From an uncultured Prevotellaceae bacterium (GTDB taxonomy: Bacteria > Bacteroidota > Bacteroidia > Bacteroidales > Bacteroidaceae): DNA of 64,000 nt. The notes under the pieces were generated by a model, which did not search any database, was not told the DNA's origin, and was given only the letters and a program-made list of their open reading frames with translations. Below, in pieces: positions 38,985-48,832 of the stretch. The stretch's first letter is position 1. Every line of letters begins with the position of its first letter. The stretch is from assembly GCA_946410305.1 (NCBI GenBank), contig CAMJZV010000017.1, positions 4,477 to 68,476 on the forward strand. The letters run 5' to 3'. A program made the position numbers and the translations under genes.

Positions 38985-40097
38985 ATGATACTTAGAAAGC
39001 TGTCGATACTGAACTACAAGAACATTGGCGAGGCCCAGTTGGAGCTGTCGCCCAAGATGAATTGCTTCATCGGTAGTAATGGCATGGGAAAGACGAATGT
39101 GCTCGATGCCGTGTACTACCTGTCGTTCTGTAAGTCGGCATCGAATCCTATCGACTCACAGGTGATTCGCCACGAAGAGCCCTTCTGTATGATAGAAGGA
39201 GAATACGGGGAAGATGAAAGATTAAAGATGAAAGATGAAAAGTTGATCATCTCTGTGGGTATGAAGCGAGGACAGAAGAAGCACTTCAAGCGCAACAAGA
39301 AGGAGTACAAGCGACTGTCGGAGCACATCGGACTGATACCGCTGGTGGTGGTGGCGCCTGCTGACGCCATGCTGATAGAAGGTGGCAGCGAAGAGCGCAG
39401 GAAGCTGATGGATATGGTGATAGCGCAGTACGACCGCTCGTATATCGATGCGCTGAGTCGCTATAACAATGCCTTGCAGCAGCGTAACATCCTGCTGAAA
39501 CAGGAGGACCCCGCCCCAGACCCCTTGGTGCTGCAACTGTGGGAGGAACAGATGGCAGAGGCTGGCGAGGTGCTGTATGAGAAACGACGTGCCTTTGTCG
39601 ACGAACTGATACCATTGTTCCAGGAGTACTACCAGCACATCTCTGGTGGACAGGAGCGGGTAGGGTTGACCTATGTGTCGCACTGTCAGCGTGGCCCGCT
39701 GCTGGAGGTCATTCAGCGCGATCGCCACAAAGACTTAGCGGTGGGCTACTCGTTGCATGGTGTGCATCGTGACGATTTGGAGTTTACGCTCGACGGTCAC
39801 CTGATGAAGCGTGAGGGTTCGCAGGGACAGAACAAGACGTACGTCATAGCGCTGAAGCTGGCACAGTTTGACTTCCTGAAGCGGACGGGTGCGAAGACAA
39901 CGCCCCTGCTGTTGCTCGACGACATTTTCGACAAGCTCGATGCCCAGCGCGTGGAACAGATAGTGCGTCTGGTGTCTAGCGACAATTTCGGACAGATATT
40001 TATCACTGATACCAATCGCGACCACCTGGACCAGATACTCCGTACCACGTCGCTTGACTACAAGATTTTCCACGTCAGTCAGGGAGAAGTGGGGTGA
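38985..40097 (+). CDS. recF: DNA replication/repair protein RecF
   Basis: GSNGMGKTN Walker A, GVHRDDL, GSQGQNK, LLLLDDIFDKLD. Confidence 0.96.
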   Translation: MILRKLSILNYKNIGEAQLELSPKMNCFIGSNGMGKTNVLDAVYYLSFCKSASNPIDSQVIRHEEPFCMIEGEYGEDERLKMKDEKLIISVGMKRGQKKHFKRNKKEYKRLSEHIGLIPLVVVAPADAMLIEGGSEERRKLMDMVIAQYDRSYIDALSRYNNALQQRNILLKQEDPAPDPLVLQLWEEQMAEAGEVLYEKRRAFVDELIPLFQEYYQHISGGQERVGLTYVSHCQRGPLLEVIQRDRHKDLAVGYSLHGVHRDDLEFTLDGHLMKREGSQGQNKTYVIALKLAQFDFLKRTGAKTTPLLLLDDIFDKLDAQRVEQIVRLVSSDNFGQIFITDTNRDHLDQILRTTSLDYKIFHVSQGEVG

Positions 40098-40153
40098 AGA
40101 TTAAAGATGAAAGATGAAAAATGAAAGATGAAAGATGAAAAATGAAAGATTAA
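40097..40153. repeat. Heptamer array starting at the recF stop codon (about 8 units AAGATGA/AAAATGA/AAGATTA)
   Basis: aagattaaagatgaaagatgaaaaatgaaagatgaaagatgaaaaatgaaagattaa. Confidence 0.9.
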
Positions 40154-40175
40154 TATTTTAAATTATAAGGAAACT

Positions 40176-40790
40176 ATGAAGAAAATTGTAACAACAGTGA
40201 TGGCTCTCGTGCTGATGGTAACAGCAGGGGTAGTAGTAACTTCTTGTGGTGCAGGCACCCTGCTGCAGACTGTAGCAAGTGGTGGCACATTGGCTAACGC
40301 CTTCAGCAGCGTTATCGGTCTTGACAAAGTGACAAAGGCAGGAATGGTAGGCACCTGGCACTACGACAGCCCAGGATGTGCGTTCACCAGTGAGAACCTG
40401 TTGGCCAAGGCCGGTGGTGAGGTAGCTGCTACCAAGATTGAGCAGGAGATGGCTCCCTACTTCCAGAAGGTGGGTATCAGCGCTCAGAACACGACAGTTA
40501 CTTTCAACGAAGATGGTTCGTTCAGTGCAACTATCGCTGGTAAGAAGTTCAGCGGCACATGGACACTCGACGAGGCTACTGCCAAGGTGACTATGAAGGG
40601 TCTGTTGCTCAGTATCAACTGCTATGCTAAGCGCGAATACGGTGGCATCTCGCTGCTCTTTGAGTCAAAGAAGCTGCTGAATGTGCTTCAGGTGATGGCT
40701 GCCATGAGTGGCAATGATACTGCCCAGAAGATTGGCGACCTCTCGAAGAACTACGATGGCGTACGCCTCGGCTTCGACATGAAGAAATAA
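40176..40790 (+). CDS. DUF4923-like lipoprotein
   Basis: Lipobox VTSC; VGTWHYDSPGCAFTSENLLAKAGG. Confidence 0.75.
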   Translation: MKKIVTTVMALVLMVTAGVVVTSCGAGTLLQTVASGGTLANAFSSVIGLDKVTKAGMVGTWHYDSPGCAFTSENLLAKAGGEVAATKIEQEMAPYFQKVGISAQNTTVTFNEDGSFSATIAGKKFSGTWTLDEATAKVTMKGLLLSINCYAKREYGGISLLFESKKLLNVLQVMAAMSGNDTAQKIGDLSKNYDGVRLGFDMKK

Positions 40791-40797
40791 GCGGACA

Positions 40798-41088
40798 ATG
40801 TTTAAGCGCGACGTACAATCGGTCAAAGACCTGATACTCCGCAACCTGCGTGAACAAGGGTTGGAAATGCCTCTGCTACAGAAGCGGCTGGTAGAGGCGT
40901 GGCCCCAGATTGCAGGTCCGATGGTGCAGCGCTATACATTGAACACCTATATCTATAACCAGACGCTTTATGTGCGTCTGTCCAGCCCTGCGCTGCGTGC
41001 CGAACTGTCGATGCGTCGTCAGGAGCTGACTAACAAGCTAAACACGTATGTCGGTAGTCAGGTGATTGCCGACATACGGTTCTGCTAA
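40798..41088 (+). CDS. DUF721 / DciA family protein
   Basis: AWPQIAG...LYVRLSSPALRAELSM; recF neighbour. Confidence 0.85.
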   Translation: MFKRDVQSVKDLILRNLREQGLEMPLLQKRLVEAWPQIAGPMVQRYTLNTYIYNQTLYVRLSSPALRAELSMRRQELTNKLNTYVGSQVIADIRFC

Positions 41089-41109
41089 TTACAGTAGATA
41101 AAATTAATA

Positions 41110-42123
41110 ATGATGGACTTAATAGGACTGCCCTTGTGGGCATGGATAGTATTTTATGTATTAGTGCTGCTGATGCTGCTGGCCGACCTGAAAATGTTCG
41201 GACGCAAAGGACAGCACGAGGTGAATGTGAAAGAAGCCTTGCAGATGACTGCCGTATGGATAGTCGTCTCGCTGGTGTTCTGTGTAGGTATCTACCTGTT
41301 TTATCCTGCCGAGCCACACGAAAAGGCAATGGAGTTCTTGGCAGGCTATCTGATAGAGAAGTCACTGTCGATGGACAACCTGTTTGTTTTCTTGATGCTC
41401 TTCTCGTTTTTCGGTGTAGAGCGCAAGTATCAGCATGAGGTACTTTTCTGGGGCATCTTCGGCGCACTGGTTCTGCGTAGCATCTTCATCTTTGCAGGTG
41501 CCGCTATGGTTGAACGCTTCGAGTGGGTGTTAGGATTGTTTGGCCTGTTCCTGCTCTATACGGGTGGTAAGATGTTTACCCATGATGAGGATGAGCAGGG
41601 AAATCCTGCCGACAATTTCATTGTCCGCCTGTTTAAACGCTTCTTCCCCGTTACTGATCAGATGCATGGTGAGAACTTCTTTGTAAAAGAGGAAAAGGCG
41701 GGAGGCCAGTCACGATGGCTTGCTACACCGCTCTTTATAACCCTATTAGTCATCGAGACGACTGATGTTGCTTTTGCTGTTGACAGCATCCCTGCTGTGT
41801 TCAGCGTTAGCCGTGATCCGTTTATTGTGCTTACCAGTAATATCTTTGCCATTCTTGGTCTCCGTGCCCTCTATTTTGCCCTTGCTGCAATCTCGCGTTA
41901 TTTCACCTATTTGAAATATGGTCTTGGCATTATCCTCATCTTCGTGGGTATGAAAATGCTGCTTGCCATGAACGAGTATATCAATGCGCTGGGTTCTTTG
42001 GTAGGACTGGACTTCAATATGCCACACATTGCGGTGCCAACACCTATCAGCCTTGCTGTCATCTTCGGTATCCTATTGTTGTCGATGTTGGCATCGGTAG
42101 TGGTGACCAAGAAGCAACAGTAA
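41110..42123 (+). CDS. TerC/Alx family membrane protein
   Basis: GYLIEKSLSMDNLFVF, ETTDVAFAVDSIPA, SNIFAILGLRALYF. Confidence 0.93.
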   Translation: MMDLIGLPLWAWIVFYVLVLLMLLADLKMFGRKGQHEVNVKEALQMTAVWIVVSLVFCVGIYLFYPAEPHEKAMEFLAGYLIEKSLSMDNLFVFLMLFSFFGVERKYQHEVLFWGIFGALVLRSIFIFAGAAMVERFEWVLGLFGLFLLYTGGKMFTHDEDEQGNPADNFIVRLFKRFFPVTDQMHGENFFVKEEKAGGQSRWLATPLFITLLVIETTDVAFAVDSIPAVFSVSRDPFIVLTSNIFAILGLRALYFALAAISRYFTYLKYGLGIILIFVGMKMLLAMNEYINALGSLVGLDFNMPHIAVPTPISLAVIFGILLLSMLASVVVTKKQQ

Positions 42124-42143
42124 TAGAATAGATTAGATAATAA

Positions 42144-42178
42144 GTGAAGAGAGTGCATCACAGATGCACTCTCTTCAC
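42144..42178. terminator. Bidirectional terminator hairpin
   Basis: gtgaagagagtgcatc-aca-gatgcactctcttcac. Confidence 0.8.
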
Positions 42179-42200
42179 TTATTATACAAAGGGATCACGA

Positions 42201-42845
42201 TTACAGTCCCAGACCTTTCTTGACGTCCTTTGCGGCGTTGTCGACAGCTTCGTTGGCTTTCTGCTTGGCAGCAGCTTTGGTCTCCTCAGCCTTCTGGTTG
42301 ACGGCAGCCTTAGTGTCTTCTACCTTCTTGTTGACAGCGGCCTTGGTGTCCTCAACAGTCTTGTTGACAGCTTCAGCAGCGGCATTCTGGGTAGCTTCGG
42401 CAGCACCAGCAGCAGCGTCCTTGGTAGCTTCAGCTTGGTTGCTGACAGTCTCAACGATGGCGCTGACCATTACCTCAGGTTCTGTCTCCATGAAGACGGC
42501 AACAGCAGAAGCAGCGTCGGCATTGTTCTCAACGACAGCCTTTACCTGCTCAGCATTCTCTTTCAGATAGTTCTGTACGGTGGTGACATAGGTCATTGCA
42601 GCATCGGGATCGTTGAGTACGAACTCACCAACCATCTCTTTTACCTGCTCCAGACCTGCAGCCAGCTGTTCTGCATTTCCTGCAGCAACAAATGCTTTCA
42701 GGTTGTCGATAACGGCATTAGCCTCTTCTTCGGCGTTGATGGCAACCTCGGTGCTGTCTGTTGCCTCAGCCTGCTGTGTCTTGTTACCACATGATATAAA
42801 ACTGATGGCAGCTACAGCCATCACTGCTAAAAGGATTTTCTTCAT
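42201..42845 (-). CDS. Lipoprotein with Ala/Lys-rich 11-aa C-terminal repeats
   Basis: MKKILLAVMAVAAISFISC lipobox; AVNKTVEDTKA/AVNKKVEDTKA/AVNQKAEETKA. Confidence 0.75.
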   Translation of the reverse strand: MKKILLAVMAVAAISFISCGNKTQQAEATDSTEVAINAEEEANAVIDNLKAFVAAGNAEQLAAGLEQVKEMVGEFVLNDPDAAMTYVTTVQNYLKENAEQVKAVVENNADAASAVAVFMETEPEVMVSAIVETVSNQAEATKDAAAGAAEATQNAAAEAVNKTVEDTKAAVNKKVEDTKAAVNQKAEETKAAAKQKANEAVDNAAKDVKKGLGL

Positions 42846-42900
42846 ACGTTTGAGAATTTTATAATTAGTTATTAGGTGAATTAACACTGATGTTTTATCG

Positions 42901-44529
42901 TTATTGTTGTTTGTCGTTCTGTGGGAATGCCTTGCCTTCACGCATCACACGGAGGGTCTCCGTGATGGCGGGGTCGTCGCTGTTGAGATACTGAATCCAC
43001 GCTTCTTCCTTCATCATGTTGTAGATGATACGGCTAGTGATGTAGCGCTCCAAGAGTTTGTAGGAACGCTGAATCATCAGGTTGCGACGCTTCAGACCGT
43101 TGTTGTCAGCATAGGTGGCAAACTTGTCGACGATGTTCTGGCGCTTCAGATAGGCAGCCATCTCGTTGACAGTTGTCTGCTGGCTGAGCTTCTGACGGTT
43201 CTCGTCGGTATAGCTGTAGGCGAACATGATGATTTGTCCACTGATAGAAGCTTGCTTATAATAGGAGGTGACATTGGTGGTATCCTCAGCAACGAAGATG
43301 TCAGGGGTGATGCCGCCACCACCATAGACAGGACGACCATTCTTGGTGTGGTACTCCTTGCCCTCATGCTTGATGCTGTCGCCCGAGAAGAATTCGCCGT
43401 GCTCGTAGCGTGTCAGGATGTCCTCTTCGTAGTCCTTGTTGTCACCAGCCGTATAGGGTTTCTGGATGCAGCGTCCTGAGGGTGAATAGTAGCGGGCGAT
43501 GGTGAGGCGTATCATGCTCTGATCACCAAAGGCAATGGGTTGTTGTACGAGGCCTTTGCCGAAAGAACGACGTCCGATGATGGTGCCGCGATCATTGTCC
43601 TGAATGGCACCAGCGAGAATCTCAGAGGCCGAGGCGGATGTCTCATCGATGAGAACGACGAGTGGTATCTGCTGATAGCTGCCGCGACCATCGCTACGAT
43701 ATTCCTGACGGGGCGACTTGCGGCCTTGGGTGTAGACGATGAGGCGGTTCTTGGGTAGGAACTCGTTGGCAATCTGTACGGCTGACTGTAGGTAGCCACC
43801 CGTGTTGCCGCGCAGGTCAATGCATAGGCTCTGGAAACTCTCCTGCGACAGTTTGGCAAGAGCGATGAGCAGTTCGGGATAAGTGTTCTCGCCGAAGTTC
43901 TTGATGCGGATATAGCCCGTCTGGTCGTCGAGCATATAGGTCGCGGTAACACTCTTGGTAGGTATCTCGCCACGGGTAACAGTAATGCTGCGCAGCTTCT
44001 TCTCGCCATAGCGCAGAATGCCTAGTTTGACCTTCGTGTCTTTGGGACCCTTCAGACGGTGCATAGCTTCCTCGTTGGTCAGCGTTTTACCAGTAAAAGG
44101 CTTGTCGTCGACGGTGACAATCTTGTCGCCTGCGATGACGCCAGCTCGCTCGGCAGGACCATTGTTGATGACCTGCTGTACGCGGAGGGTGTCCTGACGA
44201 ATGATGAACTCGATGCCTACGCCAGAGAACGAGCCGCGAAGGTCGTCGTTTGCCTGCTGTACATCCTTGGCAGAGATATAGACAGAGTGGGGGTCCAACT
44301 CGGCTAATATCTGCGGCATGGCTTTTTCTACCAGATCGTTGACATTGACGGTGTCGACGTATTGGTCGTCGATGATGTGTAGCAGGTAGTTCAGCTTATT
44401 GCTACTGCTATTGATAATGCTGAGACGATTGCCCGAGAAGTGGTTGGCATAGAATGTACCAATCAGGATGCCGATGACTATGCATAGCGCCATCATCAGG
44501 GGCATGAAGCGGTTCTTATTCTGATTCAT
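42901..44529 (-). CDS. S41 family C-terminal processing peptidase
   Basis: LDPHS, PDZ domain, DLRGNTGG, SASASEI, GRRSFGKG. Confidence 0.93.
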   Translation of the reverse strand: MNQNKNRFMPLMMALCIVIGILIGTFYANHFSGNRLSIINSSSNKLNYLLHIIDDQYVDTVNVNDLVEKAMPQILAELDPHSVYISAKDVQQANDDLRGSFSGVGIEFIIRQDTLRVQQVINNGPAERAGVIAGDKIVTVDDKPFTGKTLTNEEAMHRLKGPKDTKVKLGILRYGEKKLRSITVTRGEIPTKSVTATYMLDDQTGYIRIKNFGENTYPELLIALAKLSQESFQSLCIDLRGNTGGYLQSAVQIANEFLPKNRLIVYTQGRKSPRQEYRSDGRGSYQQIPLVVLIDETSASASEILAGAIQDNDRGTIIGRRSFGKGLVQQPIAFGDQSMIRLTIARYYSPSGRCIQKPYTAGDNKDYEEDILTRYEHGEFFSGDSIKHEGKEYHTKNGRPVYGGGGITPDIFVAEDTTNVTSYYKQASISGQIIMFAYSYTDENRQKLSQQTTVNEMAAYLKRQNIVDKFATYADNNGLKRRNLMIQRSYKLLERYITSRIIYNMMKEEAWIQYLNSDDPAITETLRVMREGKAFPQNDKQQ

Positions 44530-44536
44530 ATTTTTT

Positions 44537-44575
44537 TTCGATGTTTCGATATTTCGATGCTTCGATGCTTCGATT
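44537..44575. repeat. 8-nt tandem array (TTCGATRY)5 at the dCMP deaminase stop
   Basis: ttcgatgt ttcgatat ttcgatgc ttcgatgc ttcgatt; related array at 26671-26702. Confidence 0.85.
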
Positions 44576-44996
44576 ATTCTCCTAAATAAACGACCTCGAT
44601 GCCTGCACGATCCAGCAGTTCGATGCCGTCGGTGAGGCGGTATTTCTCACCATAGACTATGCGCTTGATGCCTGCCTGGATGATGAGTTTGGCACATTCA
44701 ATGCAGGGCGAGGCAGTGATATAGATGGTGGCACCCTCGGAGTTATTGCTCGAACGTGCCAGCTTAGTGATGGCATTGGCTTCAGCATGTAGCACATAGG
44801 GCTTGGTAATGCCGTTGTCATCCTCGCAGACATTCTCGAAACCACTGGGTGTGCCGTTATAGCCATCGCTGATAATCATGTTGTTCTTGACCACCAATGC
44901 ACCCACTTGTCGGCGCGTACAATACGAGTTCTTTGCCCAGATGCGGGCCATCTCCAGATAGCGCTGGTCAAACTTTCTTTGCTTTTCTGATTCCAT
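44574..44996 (-). CDS. dCMP deaminase family protein
   Basis: GYNGTP, HAEANAI, PCIECAK. Confidence 0.93.
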   Translation of the reverse strand: MESEKQRKFDQRYLEMARIWAKNSYCTRRQVGALVVKNNMIISDGYNGTPSGFENVCEDDNGITKPYVLHAEANAITKLARSSNNSEGATIYITASPCIECAKLIIQAGIKRIVYGEKYRLTDGIELLDRAGIEVVYLGE

Positions 44997-47019
44997 TTCT
45001 CTTTAATAATGCGTCAATGGTTGGCTCCCCGCCGCGGAAGCGGCGATAGAGTTCCATAGGATGTTCTGTGCCTCCCTTCGAGAGTACCTCGTCGCGGAAG
45101 CGCTGAGCAGTCTTGGAGTCGAAGATGCCGTGGCGCTTGAAGACGCTGAAAGCATCGGCGTCGAGCACTTCGGCCCATTTGTAACTATAGTAACCGGCAG
45201 CATACCCCCCTGCCATGATGTGCGAGAACTGTACGGTCATACAGGTGTCGGGAAGCTGACGGCCAATAATGGCTTTCTTCCACGCTTTCTTCTCGAAAGG
45301 GATGATGTCGTCGGTGAATTCGTTTTTCTTCGTGTAGTAGGCCATATCCAACAGGCCAAAGCTGACTTGGCGCAGACAGGCTGTTGCCGCCATGAAGTTA
45401 CGACTCTTGACAATGCGGCTGATGAGCTCGTCAGGCAAGGGCTCGCCCGTCTGGTAGTGGAAGGCGAAGGTGCGTAGGAAGTCTTTCTCTATGGCGTAGT
45501 TCTCCATGAACTGCGAGGGCAGCTCTACGAAGTCCCACCATACGTTGGTACCGCTGAGCGACTCAAAGCGTGTGTTGGCAAACATGCCGTGTAGGGAGTG
45601 GCCGAACTCGTGGAGGAAGGTTTCTACCTCGCCCAGTGTCAGCAGGGCAGGCTTGTCGGCTGTCGGCTTGGTGAGGTTCATCACCACGCTGACATGCGGA
45701 CGGACGTTCTCGCCCTTCTTATCGATGAACTGTCCTTGGTATTCTGTCATCCATGCACCTCCCTGCTTGCCTTTGCGTGGGTGGAAGTCGGCATAGAATA
45801 CAGCCAGGTAGCTGCCGTCCTTGTCGAATACCTCGTAGGCTTTGACGTCTGGGTGGTAGACGGGAATGTCCTTGTTCTCCTTGAAGGTGATGCCATAGAG
45901 CTTGGTGGCCAGTCCGAAGACACCCTCTATCACTTTTGACAGTTCGAAGTAGGGACGCAACATTTCCTGGTCGATGTTGTACTTCTTCATCTGCAGCTTA
46001 TGCGTATAGAACGCCGAGTCCCAGGGCTTCATGCCCCCCTCCTTTTGGAGGGGTTGGGGGAGGCTCTTCTTTAGCTCCTCACGCTCCTTGATGGCCGTAG
46101 GTTTATAGGCATCGATGAGGTCGTCGAGTAGACGGTAGACGTTGCGGCTGTTGCTGGCCATACGACGCTTCAGCACGTAGTCGGCGTAAGTCTTGTAGCC
46201 CAGCAACTGGGCAATCTCACGACGTAGGTTGATGAGGCGCTGACAGATGGCGAGGTTGTTCTCGCTGTTGTCGTGTGTGCACACCGTGTTGCGTGCCATA
46301 TACATCTGTTTGCGAAGTTCACGCTGTGTCGAGTAGGTCATGAAGGGTGAGTAGCTGGGCATGTCGAGGGTAAATACCCAGCCCTGCTTCTCCTGTTCCT
46401 GTGCGGTGAGTGCTGCTGCCTCACGAGCGGTCTCGGGCAGTCCGTCGAGTTGTGCCTCGTCAGTGATATGCAACTGGAAGGCCTTATTCTCCTTCAGCAG
46501 GTTCTGCGAGAACTGTAGCGAGAGCATCGAAGCTTCTTCTGTCAGCTGGCGCAGACGTTGCTTGCCGTCTTCGTCGAGCAGGGCACCAGAGCGCACGAAT
46601 CCCTCGTAGCAGTTGTCAAGCAGCATCTTCTCCTCAGGGGTGAGTTTGCGATGATGCAGATGCACCTTGCGGATGCGCTCAAAGAGTTGTGGGTTCAGGC
46701 GCACGTCATTGGCATGCTGTGTCAGGATGGGTTGCATCTTCTGTGCCAGCGCATCCATCTCATCGTTGGTCTCTGCACTCAGCAGGTTGAAGAATACCGT
46801 ACTGACACGTGATAGCAGGTCATAATAGCCCTCGTCCTCCTCCGTATTGATGATGGTATTGTCGAAGGTGGGCTTCTCAGGGTTGTTGATGGTCTTCTCT
46901 ATCTGTTCGTTATCACGACGGATGCCCTCCATGAAAGCCTCCTCGAAGTCTTCCAGGCGGATACGGTCAAAGGGCACGGTGTCGTGCGGTGTGTTATAGG
47001 GTTCAAAAAAAGGATTCAT
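44968..47019 (-). CDS. dcp: M3 metallopeptidase (peptidyl-dipeptidase Dcp)
   Basis: HEFGHSLH, DFVELPSQ, YAAGYYSYKWAE. Confidence 0.92.
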   Translation of the reverse strand: MNPFFEPYNTPHDTVPFDRIRLEDFEEAFMEGIRRDNEQIEKTINNPEKPTFDNTIINTEEDEGYYDLLSRVSTVFFNLLSAETNDEMDALAQKMQPILTQHANDVRLNPQLFERIRKVHLHHRKLTPEEKMLLDNCYEGFVRSGALLDEDGKQRLRQLTEEASMLSLQFSQNLLKENKAFQLHITDEAQLDGLPETAREAAALTAQEQEKQGWVFTLDMPSYSPFMTYSTQRELRKQMYMARNTVCTHDNSENNLAICQRLINLRREIAQLLGYKTYADYVLKRRMASNSRNVYRLLDDLIDAYKPTAIKEREELKKSLPQPLQKEGGMKPWDSAFYTHKLQMKKYNIDQEMLRPYFELSKVIEGVFGLATKLYGITFKENKDIPVYHPDVKAYEVFDKDGSYLAVFYADFHPRKGKQGGAWMTEYQGQFIDKKGENVRPHVSVVMNLTKPTADKPALLTLGEVETFLHEFGHSLHGMFANTRFESLSGTNVWWDFVELPSQFMENYAIEKDFLRTFAFHYQTGEPLPDELISRIVKSRNFMAATACLRQVSFGLLDMAYYTKKNEFTDDIIPFEKKAWKKAIIGRQLPDTCMTVQFSHIMAGGYAAGYYSYKWAEVLDADAFSVFKRHGIFDSKTAQRFRDEVLSKGGTEHPMELYRRFRGGEPTIDALLKRNGIRKAKKV

Positions 47020-47096
47020 ACTAACGTTTTCTCTCTTACAACTTGCAAAGGTAGTGCAAATAGAGCGAAACGCAAAAAAAATTAGTATTTTTTTAT

Positions 47097-47759
47097 TTAC
47101 ATCAACAGTCGTTCGAGTAATGGTATCTCGATGCGACCACGATGAAGCGTCAGTTGTTGGTCACGCTGCATGTCATTGAGGGCATGACTAATGTCGAGAC
47201 GACTGTCGTTAAGGTCGTCGGCAATCTGTTTCATCAAGACATAGAAAGTCTTGGGGCCTGCAGGGTAGAGACAGCGTGAGAAAAAGTAGCGTACCAATCG
47301 CTCGCGTAGACTCTTAGGTGCTGAACGCCATGCCCGTCGTTGTGTGCGCTGACTCTCTGTTGCCATGATGTTGAGCAGGTTCAGACGGAACACCAGTTGC
47401 GTCTCCAGAAGTAGGAGTACCTCTTGCTTGTCGATGGTGATGAAGTTACATGAGCAATCAGACTTGAACGTCGTGCTGTAACGCTGTGACAAGCCAAAGA
47501 GACGGTCGGGTTGTACGATATAGGGAGCCTTGACGGTCTCTATGACGCGACAGCCACCGTCGTCACTCATAGTCTCACACTGTAGGCTACCGTGAGTGAG
47601 GAAGGTCATGTGTGTGCAGTTCTCGCCCTCCTTGGCAAGAAACTTTCCTGCGGGAAGCTTGAGAAATCCCAGCTTGGTATGGGTTACCACCTCCATCAGG
47701 TCGGCGTGACTCATGCCCTGAAAGAGCGGGAAGCGTAACAACTGGTCATAAATCTCCAT
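47097..47759 (-). CDS. Crp/Fnr family transcriptional regulator
   Basis: N-terminal cNMP-like domain and C-terminal HTH (IADDLNDSRLDISHAL). Confidence 0.8.
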   Translation of the reverse strand: MEIYDQLLRFPLFQGMSHADLMEVVTHTKLGFLKLPAGKFLAKEGENCTHMTFLTHGSLQCETMSDDGGCRVIETVKAPYIVQPDRLFGLSQRYSTTFKSDCSCNFITIDKQEVLLLLETQLVFRLNLLNIMATESQRTQRRAWRSAPKSLRERLVRYFFSRCLYPAGPKTFYVLMKQIADDLNDSRLDISHALNDMQRDQQLTLHRGRIEIPLLERLLM

Positions 47760-47787
47760 AGCTTAACCACGAATTATACGAATTTTC

Positions 47788-48810
47788 TTACTTCGCAATT
47801 TTGTCTTGTAGGCTGGGCGAATACCACACCTTGGTCTCGCCCTTGTCGTCGTAGATGAGATAGGCCATGAGGTCGGGATTGCGCTCCAGCACCTTCTTAG
47901 CACCCTCGAAACCCATCACCATGAAAGAGGTTGCATAGGCATCGGCGCGCATACAAGTGTTGGTCAACACGGTGGCCGAGAGGATGTTGTGTTGCACGGG
48001 ATAGCCCGTCTTAGGATCGATGGTATGGGCATATTTGCGCTTGCCCTTGTAGTAGAAGTTGCGGTAGTTGCCACTGGTGGCCATGGCTTTATCGGTGACG
48101 TTGAGTACGGTCTGCAACTCGTTACCTTCTAACAGCGGGTCATCGGTAGGTTTGGTGACACCAATCTTCCAGGGCACACGCTTCTCGCTGATGCCACGCG
48201 TGACAACCTCGCCTCCAATCTCTACCATATAGTTGCTGATGCCTTTCTCGTCCAACAGGCGGGCTACAATATCCACCCCGTAGCCTTTGGCAATGGCTGA
48301 ACAGTCGAGGGTGATGCGTGGGTCGCTCTTTATGATATGTTTGCCGTCATAACGTACTTTTTGGTAGCCGATGATAGCCATCAGCGAGTCTACGGCATGC
48401 TTGTCGGGCAGCTGCTCATTCTTGAAACCAAAACCCCAGGCGTTGACCAATGGACCAACGGTGATATCAAAAGCTCCATTGGTATCTTCACTAATCTGCT
48501 GAGCCTGCTGGAATACTTCCAGAAACATGCGGGTGAGCTTGGGGTGCTGGTTGTTGTTGACGAGTGAGATGGTGCTCTCCTTGTTGAACATCGACAGGGA
48601 GTTGTCAACCTCCTGCATCTTTGCCTCTATCTCTGGCTGTAAGTCGTCGTCATACTGATAGGTGATATGATAAGTGGTGCCGAAAACAGTACCAGCACAC
48701 TTTTGGTAAGGCATGGCGTGCTGTTGACGGATGATGAGGACGGTCCCCACGATGAGTAGCACTAGAAAGGGTATTTGCCAAAGTAGTCGTTTATTGCGAT
48801 TAGTAGTCAT
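47788..48810 (-). CDS. apbE: FAD:protein FMN transferase
   Basis: GAFDITVGPL, LDCSAIAKGY, EIGGE, ATSGNY, HTIDPKTG, ADAYAT. Confidence 0.93.
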   Translation of the reverse strand: MTTNRNKRLLWQIPFLVLLIVGTVLIIRQQHAMPYQKCAGTVFGTTYHITYQYDDDLQPEIEAKMQEVDNSLSMFNKESTISLVNNNQHPKLTRMFLEVFQQAQQISEDTNGAFDITVGPLVNAWGFGFKNEQLPDKHAVDSLMAIIGYQKVRYDGKHIIKSDPRITLDCSAIAKGYGVDIVARLLDEKGISNYMVEIGGEVVTRGISEKRVPWKIGVTKPTDDPLLEGNELQTVLNVTDKAMATSGNYRNFYYKGKRKYAHTIDPKTGYPVQHNILSATVLTNTCMRADAYATSFMVMGFEGAKKVLERNPDLMAYLIYDDKGETKVWYSPSLQDKIAK

Positions 48811-48832
48811 ATAGTAGTTTTTATTTGTTTTT

